A stretch of 64,000 bases of DNA, taken from Lophium mytilinum. Taxonomy: Eukaryota. Below the pieces are notes generated by a model. The model had not been told where the DNA came from and did no database searches. It worked only from the letters and a program-made list of their open reading frames with translations. Made by a program: the position numbers and the translations under genes. The stretch lies in the NCBI GenBank assembly GCA_010093605.1, contig MU004192.1, positions 1,124,882 to 1,188,881 on the forward strand, in the 5' to 3' direction. This document shows, in pieces, positions 1-12,578 of the stretch (positions are counted from its first letter, which is position 1; each line of letters opens with the position of its first letter).

Positions 1-416
1 TCAACATGTTGAGGCCTCTCCCAAGGTGAGAAATATCGCATTTCGCGGTAGTTCCCGTCGTTCGCGAGCCAGAGCTTTGGGCGGATCATCAAGATCTTGG
101 AGTCTAGAGCGATGATACGGCAGTTGTAGCGGTTGTTCCGGTGAAGGATTGGCATTCCAATGTCAAGAATGATCCCTTGACATGACTTGTCTGTCAGGAT
201 GCGCTCTAGCATCTCCCAGCAGTGGAGGTATAGGTCTTGCTCCAGGAAGTGGTCAAGACAACCGTAACCACAGATCTCGAGCTCAGGGCCACACCTCAGA
301 CTAGCGCCAGCGGCTTTGGCTTCTTGGATGCTCTGGATAATCCGGGCAGTGTTGCCTTCGAAGTCCAAAGCCCATTGATTGAGAGAACATGTCGCCAACG
401 TAATGAGATGGCCCAT
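1..416 (-). CDS. QNS1: Glutamine-dependent NAD+ synthetase, 5' part (continues off the window start)
   Basis: Manual translation from ATG at 416: MGHLITLATCSLNQWALDFEGNTARIIQSI...GPELEICGYGCLDHF...HRNNRYNCRI...IRPKLWLANDGNYREMRYF, the nitrilase-like glutaminase N-terminus of eukaryotic NAD synthetase; absent from the ORF track because it is truncated. Confidence 0.95.
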   Translation of the reverse strand, partial: MGHLITLATCSLNQWALDFEGNTARIIQSIQEAKAAGASLRCGPELEICGYGCLDHFLEQDLYLHCWEMLERILTDKSCQGIILDIGMPILHRNNRYNCRIIALDSKILMIRPKLWLANDGNYREMRYFSPWERPQHV

Positions 417-854
417 GGTGAAGAGGGGCTGAGGAAAGTAATGACTATGAGAAGAAAGCAAACACTAGGCTTGGTGTAGTTGCAGGCTTTAGGGTGTACT
501 TTTCGCAGGCCTGAAGTAGAAAGGAGGCAGACTCTTGGATATAAAGAGCGAGGCGGATGTTGAACTGCTTAGTGAATGTGACGAGAAGATGATAGGTCCA
601 GGCCGCCACTTTGATCTTGAGGCCGCCGAATCGCGGAGGGCAAGTCTAGCCGAAGCTCCTCCTATCACCCGAACTCTCATTAGTAGTAACAAGACACAAC
701 TTCGGGCAGGCTATCTTTCTTGTTTCGTGCCAATTACAATCAGGTGCTAAGGGATCACAAACAGTGCCAAGCAGGCTCACGGTCACCAGGCGGAGTTTCT
801 CAATTCAAGCTCTCAGGTAATTAATGTCTTCTTAAATCCTTTCGAACGCATTAG

Positions 855-1345
855 AACACCTCTAACGGTGCGGAGTGAGAGGTTGCCTAGATTTTTATCA
901 ACGCAGTATACTAGGACACAAGTTTGAGCATGTCATCTTCTACAGCTCGTCTCGTTTTATAGTAATAAGCTGAAGCACCACCAACGGCGGTAAGTAGGTC
1001 GACTTTTAGCGTGCGAGACTGCTCTGGTTTAAGCTGTTAAGGACTTTATATCTTCTAAGAATTATTAAGATGCGTTGAAGCACCTCTAACGGTGGTAAGC
1101 GACTCTATATAGACTTGAATTAAGGCACCGTACAAGGTTCGGGCATGCCGTCTTCTACATCTCGTCTCGATTTATAATATTGCGCTGGAACACCACCAAC
1201 GGCGGCAAGTAGGTCGACTGTCAGCGTGCGAAACTGCTCTAGTATAAGCTCTCAAGGGCTCTAGATCTTCTAAAAAACCATTAAGATATCTTAGAGCACC
1301 TCTAACGGTGGTAAGCGACTGTATTTAGACTTTTGGCAAGGCACC
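855..1345. repeat. Degenerate ~216-bp tandem repeat (two ~105-115-bp subunits), each subunit carrying a CACCWCYAACGGYG motif
   Basis: cacctctaacggtg at 857, 1081, 1297; caccaccaacggcgg at 976, 1191; flanks also align (aagtaggtcgact..agcgtgcga.actgctct; gtaagcgact.tat.tagactt). Confidence 0.9.
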
Positions 1346-1439
1346 ATACTGCTCTATCAACACCTACTTGCACCTTTCCACCGCTGCTCGTAATGCTTCA
1401 ATATACTTACAAAAACCCGTTAAGAATCAATCGCACCTC

Positions 1440-2370
1440 TAGTGTGTACACCCATCTACCAGCGTCTGAAGGGCTCTGGCAGGTTATTGGGACTATTAAA
1501 ATGACCGGCTTCTGTTACGATTGAGTGATTCAGGGCACTTCAGACGGTAGTAACCTATCTAGAGCCTGGATTCTTCCATGACTCTGAGTAACAGTATTAC
1601 GCTCTTTACATCTCGTAGCTCTCAAGATTAGAAAGGCCAGGGGGGATATCTAGGCCTATCTCTTTCCTCGGCGATAATAATACAGACCGTCTACTTTAGG
1701 CCTCTACGTAAAAGGTGATTCGGACGTCTACCGTATAAACCCGTATATTAGCGTCTGAGGGGCTATGGCAAGTTATCGGGAATATCAAAAAAACATGTTT
1801 CTGTTTCTCTCGAGCTGTTTGAGGCACTTCAGACGGCGGTGAATGATGGTCCAGCCGCCCACTGTGTACACCCATCTACCAGCGTCTGAGGTGGCGTGGC
1901 AAGTTATCGGGACTATCAAAATAAACGCCTTGCGTTTTCCCCGAGCGGTTTGAGGTACTTCAGACGGCGGTAAAAGACGGTTCAATGGACTATTGTATAC
2001 ACTCATCTACCAGCGTCTAAGCTGGCACGTCAAGTTATTGCGGCTATTAAATAGATATACTTATTATTTCATTAAGTAGGTTGGGGCACTTCAGACGGCG
2101 GTAAAATATAGTTCAGCCGCGCAATACGTATGTATACCTGTGTACCAGCGTCTGAGGTGGCCTGTTAAGGTATTAGCATTGCCAAAATGATAAAATTATA
2201 TTTTTTTTGATAGATTCGAGGCACCTTAAACGGCGGTAACAGACATTTTAACCGTTACTGTGTGCACCTCTCTACCAGCGTCTAAGGTAGCCCGTCAAGC
2301 TATTAGGGTTGCTAAAACGATGCGTTTATGTTTCTATTGAATAGTTTAAGGCACCTTAAACGGCGTTAAG
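1440..2370. repeat. ~131-bp tandem array (about 4.5 units plus a detached unit at 1440-1552), each unit with an inverted motif pair
   Basis: g(c/t)ac(t/c)t(c/t)a(g/a)acggcg near 1823, 1954, 2085, 2220, 2350 (and a variant at 1535); inverse accagcgtct(g/a)ag near 1878, 2009, 2144, 2274 (variants at 1458, 1750). Confidence 0.92.
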
Positions 2371-2704
2371 CTAATAGCAAATCGATATCCTAGTACTACC
2401 GAAACGCAGAGACTGAATATGCGCCAATTCACAGCGCCTATAAATTTACTTCTATCCAGACTATACATAGCTCGTTGAGGCCTGTCAAATAGTGTCAAAT
2501 AGTATGCAAGGCGCATTCAAGACCAGGCCAATTCTCGCATTACAGCACTATGGGGTATAAAGCGGCCCAATTCCCACGCTAGGGAATTCCCATACTCCGG
2601 AGACCATGCTATGCCCGCTATGCCCGCTATGAAACGCCACATCAGGCCCAAAGGCCTATGAAAAATCCTAACCCTCATGCCAGGCCGAAGCCCCCCGTGC
2701 ACCC

Positions 2705-5700
2705 TTACGCCCCCTCCACTACCGTTCCCTCCGAGCCCTCATTCTCATCCCCTGGCCCGACGTCCCGCAACGCTGCCTCTAAATCACGCTGTCGGATAGG
2801 CTTGGTGAGGAAGCCGTCGATACCGGACGAGTATGCTTCCTGCTTTGCCTGCGCGCCGTCGAACCCGGACAGAGCTATGATCTTCGCAGGTTTGAGTCCA
2901 AACTCGCGTTCGTGAGCCCTGATTTGGCGGGTCGCTTCCATGCCATTCATATGAGGCATGGAGATGTCCTATGTTTCAAGTCAGTTTTCCAGTGTTCCAA
3001 TATGAAGGCAAAGAACAAAAACCTACCATGAAGACTGCGTCGAACCGAGGCGCCTCAGAGACCAGCAAATTGGTGGCTGATTCAGGTGCACTAGAAGTGG
3101 CGGTATTGCTGAGAGCACTGTATTTCTCGACTGCTTCAGCGCCGTTGGTGGCCGTGATGGGGTGGTGACTGAGCCTCAGAAGCCAGTTCCGCAGGAGATT
3201 CAGGTTAATTGAGTTATCGTCAACTGTCACACTGTTAGTTCTAATCTTCATCATTTGCATGATATCTTACTAACCTGCCAAGACATGGAGTGGGACGTGG
3301 TTAGGCGGTGGGGCTGGTATCTTAGCTGTCGAGACCGGGACAGCAGGAGAAGATGGATTAGTAGGCACGTCGTGGTGTGCCAACTTCGAGTCGGTTGAGG
3401 TCTTGACTTTCGTCGATGGATCCAACTTGAGCACAGCAAACGGTGATGGCACATCCATGAGTCCTTCGCTAGTGAGGCTCTGTGCAGGTTCGGCTCCAGC
3501 TACTGCGTACTGGGAGTTCTGATCGTTGAAGCTCTCGGAGTGTCTATTGAGGCATGAAGATAGCGCTCTTCCGAATTTCCGAGGTCCGCAAGGTTGGGTA
3601 ACATGTTCAAACACCTGCTCGTACTTTGCTGGTGCTACTGTGTTGCTGCTCGAATGACTTGACGATGCGGCCTTGCAGAGTACGATGACGGGAGGAGGCT
3701 TTGTGATCACTTGAGCACTCTGGGTGCTACCATGTCGTCCAGCTTTCGACTCAAACTGTGCTCTCAAAGCAGCTGCGCACCGCTCAGTAGCGACGAAAAG
3801 ATCTGGTTTAGTGGCATCCAAGCTAGTCCATGGTACCAAGACCATCCCGAACCACTCTCTGCAGATACTCTCGAGAGATTTTCTGACTATTGTGCCAACA
3901 GATCCATGCTTAAGCTTGCCCGGTGCATATTGAACCGGTTCAAGGTCTGTCATCTCGTCAAAGCCTACAACAGCGACCTTCATGCCTGTTGAATGGCTAA
4001 AGACATCAGAAAGCATGTTGTCCGGTGGCATGATTGGCGCGCCAGGATACGGTGTGACATTCTTCAGCCGACAGCTGACAGTAATCTTGGTGCCTTTACC
4101 AAGCTCGCTCTGGACGTCGATATTGCCTCCCAACGAATCGATTATGTTGCGCACAATACTCAGGCCGAGCCCTGTGCCCTGACTCAAAGGATTCTCCTGC
4201 GCGAACGAATGGAAAAGTCGATCTCGGATGTATTCGGGTGACATCCCTCGCCCCGAATCTGTGACAACAAGTCGAAGCTCTGATTCGTCTCCTAGTGCAT
4301 CCGAGGGCGTCGGCTTCACCTGGAGCTTCACCTTGATGAACCCTTTCTCGGTGTACTTCAACGCGTTCCCAAAAAGATTCATCAAAATCCTCCTCCATGC
4401 TCCAGCCTGAGTTTGGAAGATCCAGTTGTCCGCTTTGTTGACTTCAACAGCCACTGCTACTTCGTGCTTGATAGCATCTTGCGAAGGTATTAGCAAACCG
4501 GCAGGGGACTCCGCGATGGCATGCTGAATCTTGAAGGTCTCGTTAGGAGTAGTGTCCGGAGCCGAGAGGACGGCCGATGCACTCTTCTGAAAATTGTACC
4601 CTGTAAATACTGTTTCCAGGACTTCTTCGGCTACATTGCTTAGATCCACATCAGATATTAGACTCATAATATCATTTGCCGACTTTGAATTCCCGAGATT
4701 GTTTATCTTTGCATGGTCTAGAACGTGGTTAATAGTATCGAGCAAAGTCTGCGCGCATGACTCGATGCTCTGCGTCATGCTGACCTGAAAAGGGTCCAAT
4801 TTGGTTTCTGACACTAGTCCACAAGCGCCAAGGATGCCATGTAAAGGAGACCTGAGCTCATGGCTGATGGAGGAGATAAAATCTGCTTTAGCTCGATCCG
4901 CCTGGGTCGTATCTAATCTCGCAACCTCAGCCATCACAGTGTTTCCAAATGCTGTGAGATAGCTGAGCTCTTGCTCAACGGTGAATACGCGCATAGGATC
5001 GGTGCTCCAGATAACAGCGCCGGCAAACCATCGCGACCTGTGCGAGTCCCACATAGGGCAAAGCGCGAGACTGCGTGCGTCAGGGAACATGTCATGGAGT
5101 GTTTTCACGTCCTTCATGAGGTGATTGTGGTAGCTCGTCATCTTCGAAGAATATTGAGAAGCCTTCAAGGAGGATGTTTGATCTGCGGGAAGTCGAGGAG
5201 GTGTTGCTTGATCGCTCCCCATGTCTTCGAATGACTGGCCATGCTCATCGAAACTGAAAATATGGCCACGTGGATAATGCCGCAGCAGGCTTTTAAGAAC
5301 CTTCTCTTTCATCGAATAGGGATAATTAGACCCTACGAGTGAAGATCCGAGCACTTCGCAAAGTTTGTCTTCTACAACACTACCGTCGTCGGATGGTTGA
5401 ACTTGCAATAGTGGATCGGCGCGTTCGACGGTTGGCGTGATACCATCATACTGCCAATCTTGTGTTTCTGTGAGTGGTTCGGGGTCTAGAGTCTCTTCTA
5501 CTAATCCGCCGAAAGTTCCGATGCTGGCGTCAAAGAAGACAGCTCCATCAGCTTCAGTCGCTTCTAATACGATACGAGCAGCTCGACCAAAGGTGGACTT
5601 CACATCAGGTGCAAGAATTTGCTCTTGTAAGGGTTGTGTTTCTGCAGCCACAGATTCCTCGGAAATGGTGGGGAACAGTGGCTGCGTTTCTGCGTCGTAG

Positions 5701-6751
5701 TCTGGCTGTGAGTCCGTGATACTTGTGGCTGCGGTGGACGGATTTCTCGAATGCACTGTAGAAGCCAGTGAAGGCGCTTGCGTATCGGGGCTATATTCGG
5801 ACTCCACACTGGATTGAACTGGTAAACCAGGAACCACTCGAGGTTGGGACTGCTTGTTGGGTGACGCTGACCACGGATAGCTAGGGTCCTGCCACCAATC
5901 TTCTAGAGTGTCGTTCCCCTTCACGAAGGAGCCTAAGCTTCTGACCATGACACCTCCTCTCCTATGATGCTCCTTTATTTTCATCATCTCAAGATGGCGC
6001 ATCACGGTATCTGCCATTTCATGCATGAAAGAAATTTCGTAAGTGCGAAGGCCGTTCCGGGGCTTGTCGTCCATAATGCAGTAAGATCCAATGCTGTAGC
6101 CATTGGGACTCCGAATAGGAACACCAGCATAGAAGCGTGCGCGTGGCTCGTTAAGGACATATGGTTTATCCTTGAAGCGGTCATCCAAAGTCAAGTCGTT
6201 TACGATGAAGGATGTGACGTCGATATTGCCAGAATCAGTAGCCTCTTGCATCATTGCCATCTTGACAGTATAATCGCAGAGCCCATTGCCCTTAGTGAAC
6301 ATGGTCTCGCCCCAAACTATGCTGTCTTTGGGGTCCAAGGCTTTTCCAGTCTGCAGTGATAGAGTTCGGGTAGCTTCTGCCATGATGTAGTGATTCTTCC
6401 GGTCAAAGAACGATAGCATGCATCGTCGAGCATCCAGTCGGACCGCACCGAGCTGAGCGAAAGCGGTAAGAGCCTTGTCATCCGAGGGGACGGGACCGCT
6501 GGTAGCACACACGGAAGTCGGGACCTCAGGTGCATCGGGCTTGGTGAATGGAAGTGACGGGGGTCGGCGACGGTCACCACTCGCGGGATCCGATGGTTGG
6601 TAATATCTAGAGAGGCATCGTCAGCAGTGGAAGAGTCGTGACGGAGCCTCGCAAGGGTCTACCTGTAGAACTCGCGCTCGCGAAAGCTGTCCGAGATCTT
6701 CTTGGCTATGCCTGGGCGCGACGAGGCAGCAGAGGGTTGCGTCTCGTCCAT
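2705..6751 (-). CDS. Hybrid sensor histidine kinase (GAF - HisKA - HATPase_c - receiver), 3 introns
   Basis: ALTAFAQLG...RFYAGVPI..PNGYSIGSYCIMD (GAF); DFISSISHELRSPLHGILG (H box); RILMNLFGNALKYT, VTDSGRGM, GTGLGLSIV; receiver VDDN...FMDISMPHMNGMEATRQIR...FLTKP; ATG 6751 with intron 6662-6607, further introns near 3275-3225 and 3025-2970. Confidence 0.93.
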
Positions 6752-7867
6752 GGCTGGCGGCGAGGACGAGACGTGCGCCGTGTCTCCCGTGACCTAGGAG
6801 AAGTAGCGAAGAATGAAGTTGAAGATGGGCTGTGTGCACATGGCTCGAGGCCCCGCGGAGCGTTGGAGGAGTTGGAGGTTGCTGGGATGCGCGGCTAGAC
6901 TTGCAGGTGGCCGACGAGTAGTGGATGCAGGTTCGGTCGTGAGGTGGCCGCGCTGTGGTGGTTTCAGCGTCGGAGAGGCCGATGACGTCAAGGCTCGCAA
7001 AAAGGGACGAACTCGACTTGTGGGGGAGAACAAAGGGAGCATATGGCGTTTCGTCTTTTGCCCTCTGCACGTCAACTACTGTACTCCGAATTCCAGCTCC
7101 CGCGACAGACCGCTCGTTACCACCACTGGCAGTGCCAATCATCGACAGTGGCTGAAGTTCCTAGCCCAGATCTCGTACCATATGCAGCTATCGTCTAGCA
7201 GAGGCCCACCACGGCAGGGTGCTGCAGCCACCATGTGCCCATCCTGGCGGATCCAGCAGATGTGGGTAACAAGCCGCAAGATCGGCGACAGAATTTTGTG
7301 TTTGGGACCTGGTGTTCTTCAATCTGCGACTAGAAGGACAGCTTAAGCATCTTGGTGTTAGCAGAGGTGGCAGTCTGTGGATTCAGCTACGATACCAGTC
7401 TCTTCATGGCGGCCTGCGCTCCTCAATAGGAAGACAGACTTGACCGCTCCCATCCGCTAACCTCGAACCTCCAGGGACCATCCGGTTCGGGGGACACTCC
7501 GAACTAGTAGTGGGGGGCGCCGTGATAAACGACTCGGATTAGCGGGGTGACTTGTCAAATGAGGGCCCAGACCGTCATGATATTTGACATTATGATGTCT
7601 CTTCTTGATCTTTACCGACCACTACAAAGTACCCTTCTAGGGCTCCTCTAAGTAGAACTTTCAAGCAACAAACCTACGGCTTCCAAGCAATTCGGTATCA
7701 ATCAAACGTCAGTGAGTCAGTGAGAATGTGCTCTCCTCTTCATTAGGTGTGCAAAGACACCAGCTGTCAGATGAATCGTGGATGCCCAACTTGTTTTGCG
7801 TTTCCAAGATTCAAGAATTTTGCGGAAGGATGCAAGCGCGGGATCCAGGCCTTGCCCGTCGAATCGC

Positions 7868-8181
7868 TTGGACGATGGCCTGTTTCCCAGGCCGGATGGG
7901 AAGTCTCAATGACCTACTCCATGCAAGATGCTTGAGAGCCTCATATGTGTCGTCGAAAGATCTGTTGGCGGGGGTGGAACAGAGGCACGAGGGGCCAAAC
8001 GATTCATGAAGAGACTCGGCAAAATTGGACAGCGCTATCGCCGCCACGTGACAAATACCGATAACCCAGTCACAGATAAAGCAATTCAGATTATCTAGAT
8101 CATCCGTCAGTCCGAATTCTAGTAGGGGCATATCATTCTCACTCTCGCAAGGGAATAGGCTGGCGGCTCTGTGAGGAGGGT
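7868..8181. repeat. Diverged direct repeat, copy 1 (copy 2 at ~9676-10023)
   Basis: Shared blocks in the same order: tggacgatg, ctgttg.cgggg, tcatgaagagactcggcaaaa (exact at 8004 and 9739), gcgctatcgccgc, gtgacaa.tac, gtcacagata.agcaa, ctagatcatc, gtgaggaggg. Confidence 0.8.
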
Positions 8182-8395
8182 CTGTCATAGCAATTGGTAT
8201 TCCGATACCTCTTCTTACCACTAAGCAGGAACGGGCATGAGAAGTAGTACGTGGTAATGCGTATATTAGCGCGTTAAAGTAATCTAACTACAAAGACATC
8301 ACAGACGACATAGTCATCGGTCGTATTAGATTAGGTTGCCAAGGCAAAAACAATAAACGTAATCCGTCGTCTGTGAAAATTACTTTCCAGATTGC

Positions 8396-8968
8396 TCAGC
8401 TGCGCGCAGCGGCTTTGGCCTTTTCGTCGTCCTTGTCGGCCTCGATCACTTTTCCCGTGATAGTATCCGACCATACCAAGGGGCATTGCTTGTACTCTGG
8501 GTCCGCACTACCTCATGTTTTAGCCAAATGCCTCATAGGGGGGTGCGGCATAGCAACCTACCTGTAACGCCATACGCCCACCTTCCTGAACGCGCCGTGC
8601 TTGCACTTCTTGATCGCATGCTGAAACTCTTTCACACAATCGCTTACCCTCATATTGAACCCATTCTCATTGTTGTCGCTTGCAATAGAGATCTCGAAAA
8701 ACCACGCCTTGTCGGTGTTATCGTTGAATGATGGGTGACCATTTGAAAAGTCGACTTGTGGATAGGTGCGGCACGCAGTTCTGCTTGGTGAAAGTGGGTC
8801 GAAAGTGTCGCTACCCGTAGAGTTGATCATGTGTTCGCAGACGCTGAATAGGCTAGCCACAGCTAGGTCCTGGGCGAAAGCGTGCTCGCCGCTGCCGTAA
8901 CAGCCATGCCCGGCCAGGACGGAGGAGGTGAAGGAAAAGACGAGCACTGGAATTCGGAGGTGCTTCAT
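8396..8968 (-). CDS. Small secreted six-cysteine protein (effector-like; pattern recalls Y3-like glycan-binding proteins)
   Basis: Signal peptide MKHLRIPVLVFSFTSSVLA; GCYGSGE...C...C...DCVKEF...KCKHG...WRY; intron from 8561 (GTAGGT) gives exon 2 SADPEYKQCPLVW...AAARS*. Confidence 0.75.
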
Positions 8969-9675
8969 GTTGACTGGGCAATGCTCACGTATGAAGGATG
9001 ATGTGAGGTCCGAGACTTTGAATCTGATATTGGAGCGAAATGGAAAGGCTCGCAACCCGGGAAGGTCCAGAGCTTTATGCTATGCTCAGGAAATGCACCA
9101 CATTTGCGAAAAGCTACTAGATCTCTTAGAAAAGCCTACTTACGAAGATACCTGTTATAGACGTCGCTTAAATCCCGGAGCTCCAGAACCATATCTGGTG
9201 GGTCGCGTGGACTTAAAATAGATCAGTCGAATCCGTTCCCATCTATTGCAGTTACTGATTGGAAGATACCATTCTATAATGACCGTTTGAGTGGTAAAAA
9301 GAACTGGTACGGCCATCAGTAAGGTAGTTCCCAAGGAATGCAAGTTGCCGCTTGTGACCCAGACACAATGAGTCGGAATCTAGACATCGAGCGGGGTCAA
9401 AAGCTGGTGTAGTATTGTTGATCGTGAGAGAGTGAGCTCATTGCTCCTCTGGGCTATATGAAATACTACAAGTCCCGTGGATGGTAATGTGTCCATGAAA
9501 AGGCTAGAATTAGTCGATCCAGGGTAATTTTATGGTCTCCACCCCGCCACGTCAGCCTGTCACTTGTTCCATGGTTGATATCTTCAAAGACGCAGCCTCA
9601 ATCTATTAACATCGCATTGATGACGTAAAATTGCCACGCAAATCCCCACGCTTTAACTACCGGGATTTCGTGAAG

Positions 9676-10023
9676 TGGACGATGTTCCGTTGAAGGCTCT
9701 ATCGCCTGTTGACGGGGATGTAACAAGGGCCAGACGGCTCATGAAGAGACTCGGCAAAAATTGATGGCGCTATCGCCGCTGTGAGAGCTCGGTATGCAGT
9801 AAGAGAAAATGTATTGTGTTGGGGTTTTGGTGCGGAAGCCAGCAGGCCGTGAGAAGGAAAGATATACAGCTGCTTAGTAAGCGGCTACACGGGGAAAGGG
9901 CCAACACCGCCAGGTGACAAGTACAGACTACCCGGTCACAGATAGAGCAACTCTTCATATTCACTAGATCATCTATCAATTCACTTTTGTTAGGAAGCAA
10001 GCTTAGCAAATCCGTGAGGAGGG
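9676..10023. repeat. Diverged direct repeat, copy 2 (with ~120-bp insertion relative to copy 1)
   Basis: Same blocks as 7868-8181; extra sequence at ~9780-9905. Confidence 0.8.
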
Positions 10024-10589
10024 CGTAGTCGCTTTTTGTATACTTTTAGCGCCACCAGCTGGCCCCCTTATCTCACTTCTATATATTTCTATCGATATGG
10101 AGGCTATTAAGATAGGAGTAGCACCATGAAAATTGCGGCAGTTTCTTCTATGGTACTGCCCGATCGGCCCTAGATTTCAATCATTCCAATCAGCTGACTC
10201 TAAGAAGGAATATTACTTTACCCCTTTCTACAGCTACATAGCCCTAGTATCTAGGTTCAATAAAGATGTGCCTGTCCAATCTATAGGGCAGACTACTGCA
10301 AATCTACTGGTATAGCCGTAATCTTGATAGCGATTATATTTTTGACCTTCGCGGCTGGAGACAATGTGGCTCGCTAAGCCCGCTAAGCCATATTGGGTCG
10401 GCCGTGCACATATCAGACTAGAACCGCATTCTTGTGCTCAATCTCCACATAATTCCTCTTGTCCTTGATTACGCTTGTGCCTATTGAACACAAATGTGCT
10501 ACCAACAGATCTTATCAGGAGCGCGAGGCTAGTCGTGACAAAGGAGCGTAACCAGAGATCAGTGAAAGCATACAAGCTACCTTACCGGG

Positions 10590-11667
10590 CTACACGCCCT
10601 TTAGAGTTTCCAACTTCTCCTTCAAGAACCCAACTACCATCTCCGCCGCCTCCGCCGCCGGTTTGAAGCCAGGAAACACAGTGAACCCATGCGGACACCC
10701 CGGCCACACCCTCACCACCGCCTCCGCGCCCGCAGCCATCCACTTCACCCCCATCAATAATGTATCGTCCACCAACGGGTCCTCGCTACCCACGAGAAGC
10801 AACGCTGGCGGCAACTCCCCAATGCTGAAGTCAGCAAACAAGGGTGACACCTTTGCTCCCCTCATCTCCCCCTCCCCCATGCCCGGCAAATACGCATCTC
10901 TAAACTTCTCCATCTCCGCGAGATTGATGACGCGAGGCGGAACGGTAGTGCTAGTCGCGATTGAGGGGAGCGAGAGCGACATGTCGAACCAGCCGAATGG
11001 CAGGACGAGGCCTGCGAGCTTGTGCGCAGGTCGCGAGCGGATGAGGTGGAAAGCGGAAAGCACTGCGGCACATCCGCCAGCGGACTCACCACCCATGAAG
11101 AGAAGAGGGACGCCGTAGTCAGCAATAGCATGGTCGACGAGGTACTCGGCTGCATCGATGCAATCGTGGATGGGCCCGGGGTAGGGGACGGAGGGGGCGT
11201 GGCGGTAGCCGGCGCTGATGGCAGTCAGATGGCAGGAGTTGGCGTAGAGCTTTAGGGTGAGGTCCTGGCTTGAGGAGATCTTAGTTGGGAGGCAGACTGA
11301 GGAGGGGGATGGAGTAAGAAGCATACCATTGATGGTTCCCGAGGACGAATCCACCGCCGTGGAAATGGAGGAAGATGCCACGGCTCGGTCGACCATCGTC
11401 AGGCTTGTAGACGCGAAGAGGGATCGTGCGGCCCGGGTCTCGAGAGGGTATAGTAGCTTCTTGAGCTTCAGGAAGGTAGATGGGTGGAGGTAATGGGCTT
11501 TCGCCCGCTTCGCGCATTTGCTGATACTTTTCCGGTCCCACTTCGTGCCAATGAGGGCCTTTACGGCCAATTGCTTCCAGCATGGAGTTTATCTTCGTAG
11601 TCTCTACAGGTATGTTGCTTTCTTTGAACTTGGATTGCTCCAGGGTAAGGTCGCTCGGAGATGACAT
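10590..11667 (-). CDS. HSL-family alpha/beta hydrolase (esterase/lipase/amidase), 1 intron
   Basis: HFHGGGFVLG oxyanion motif, GYRHAP..PYPGPIHDC, GESAG nucleophile, DPLVDD, CPHGF; intron from 11326 (GTATGC) joins the two ORFs. Confidence 0.92.
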
Positions 11668-11773
11668 TCTAATGGTGATAGTACTCTTTCTTGTGGATTG
11701 TGTGTCTCTGAAATCAGACGATCAAAGAGCCAATATAGAGTAGATTGAAATGGATAGTAAGCAATTGATCTAT

Positions 11774-12230
11774 GAATTGACAAAGACACGACTTCATATA
11801 TCTTGGAAATGGAAGACACACCAGGCCCGGCCGAGCTTCAAATGATGTGGAACTCCACGACGGAACTCCGCTAGGAAGCATTTCGGGACCGATTGAGCAA
11901 ATGCACGTAAAGACAGATTTGGTGGTACAGGGAACAGGTTCGCGGGGATCTGGTGCGCGTACATGACGGAAGACTATTGGCTACAAGGATACGTCCGTAA
12001 CGCGCGATCCTGTGACTCCCTAGGCATAACGCGCGATCCGGTAACTCACTGGGCTGCATGTTTAGAAATCGACAAAGAAACAACTTTATACTACGTATAT
12101 GTTCGAGAAGGAAGACACAACACGCTCGGCCGAGCCTAAACGACGCGCGCACAGAGTGAAAGACAATTGGATACGAGCATACGTCCGTAACGCGCGATCC
12201 TGTGACTCACTAGTTCTAGGCTGCATATGC
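11774..12230. repeat. Local tandem duplication within the divergent esterase/ketopantoate-reductase promoter
   Basis: gacaaaga..c.act...ggaagacaca..cggccgagc at ~11778-11836 and ~12070-12136; atacgtccgtaacgcgcgatcctgtgactc identical at ~11989 and ~12178; third taacgcgcgatcc at 12027. Confidence 0.8.
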
Positions 12231-12578
12231 AATCAGCGATCTAGAAGCCACACTTTGGCTTCGTGTAGAGATAATGCTCATGTCGTGGTGTTGAAGAGAA
12301 GTCGTTCTAGCAAACATCGTGAAGCTTGAGAAACAAAAAAGCGGGGCGGCTTGATAAGCCCATAATTCCCGTTTGACTCTAAGCCTAAAGAGGATCACGT
12401 AGACGATGTACTGACGGAAAGAAGAGCGATATCGCACGCCTTTTGATTGATGATTCACGTCAATAGATAGAGAGGTAAATGAGCAGAGTGCAGACTGAAA
12501 ACCCGCATTTTTGAGCAACACCCTTTCCTTCTTTTCATCTACAGTCTACACATCAGTTCCAAGTCAATTTCTTTAGCT

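Noticed and set aside
1440..2370. CRISPR array
   Set aside because: Linkers are homologous to each other rather than unique spacers, repeats are degenerate, the genome is eukaryotic and no cas-like gene is present
2480..2640. Short duplications gtcaaatagt x2 and atgcccgct x2
   Set aside because: Ordinary slippage-size repeats with no larger structure
10020..10320. Possible further motif cluster
   Set aside because: Composition looks similar but no convincing match to the consensus
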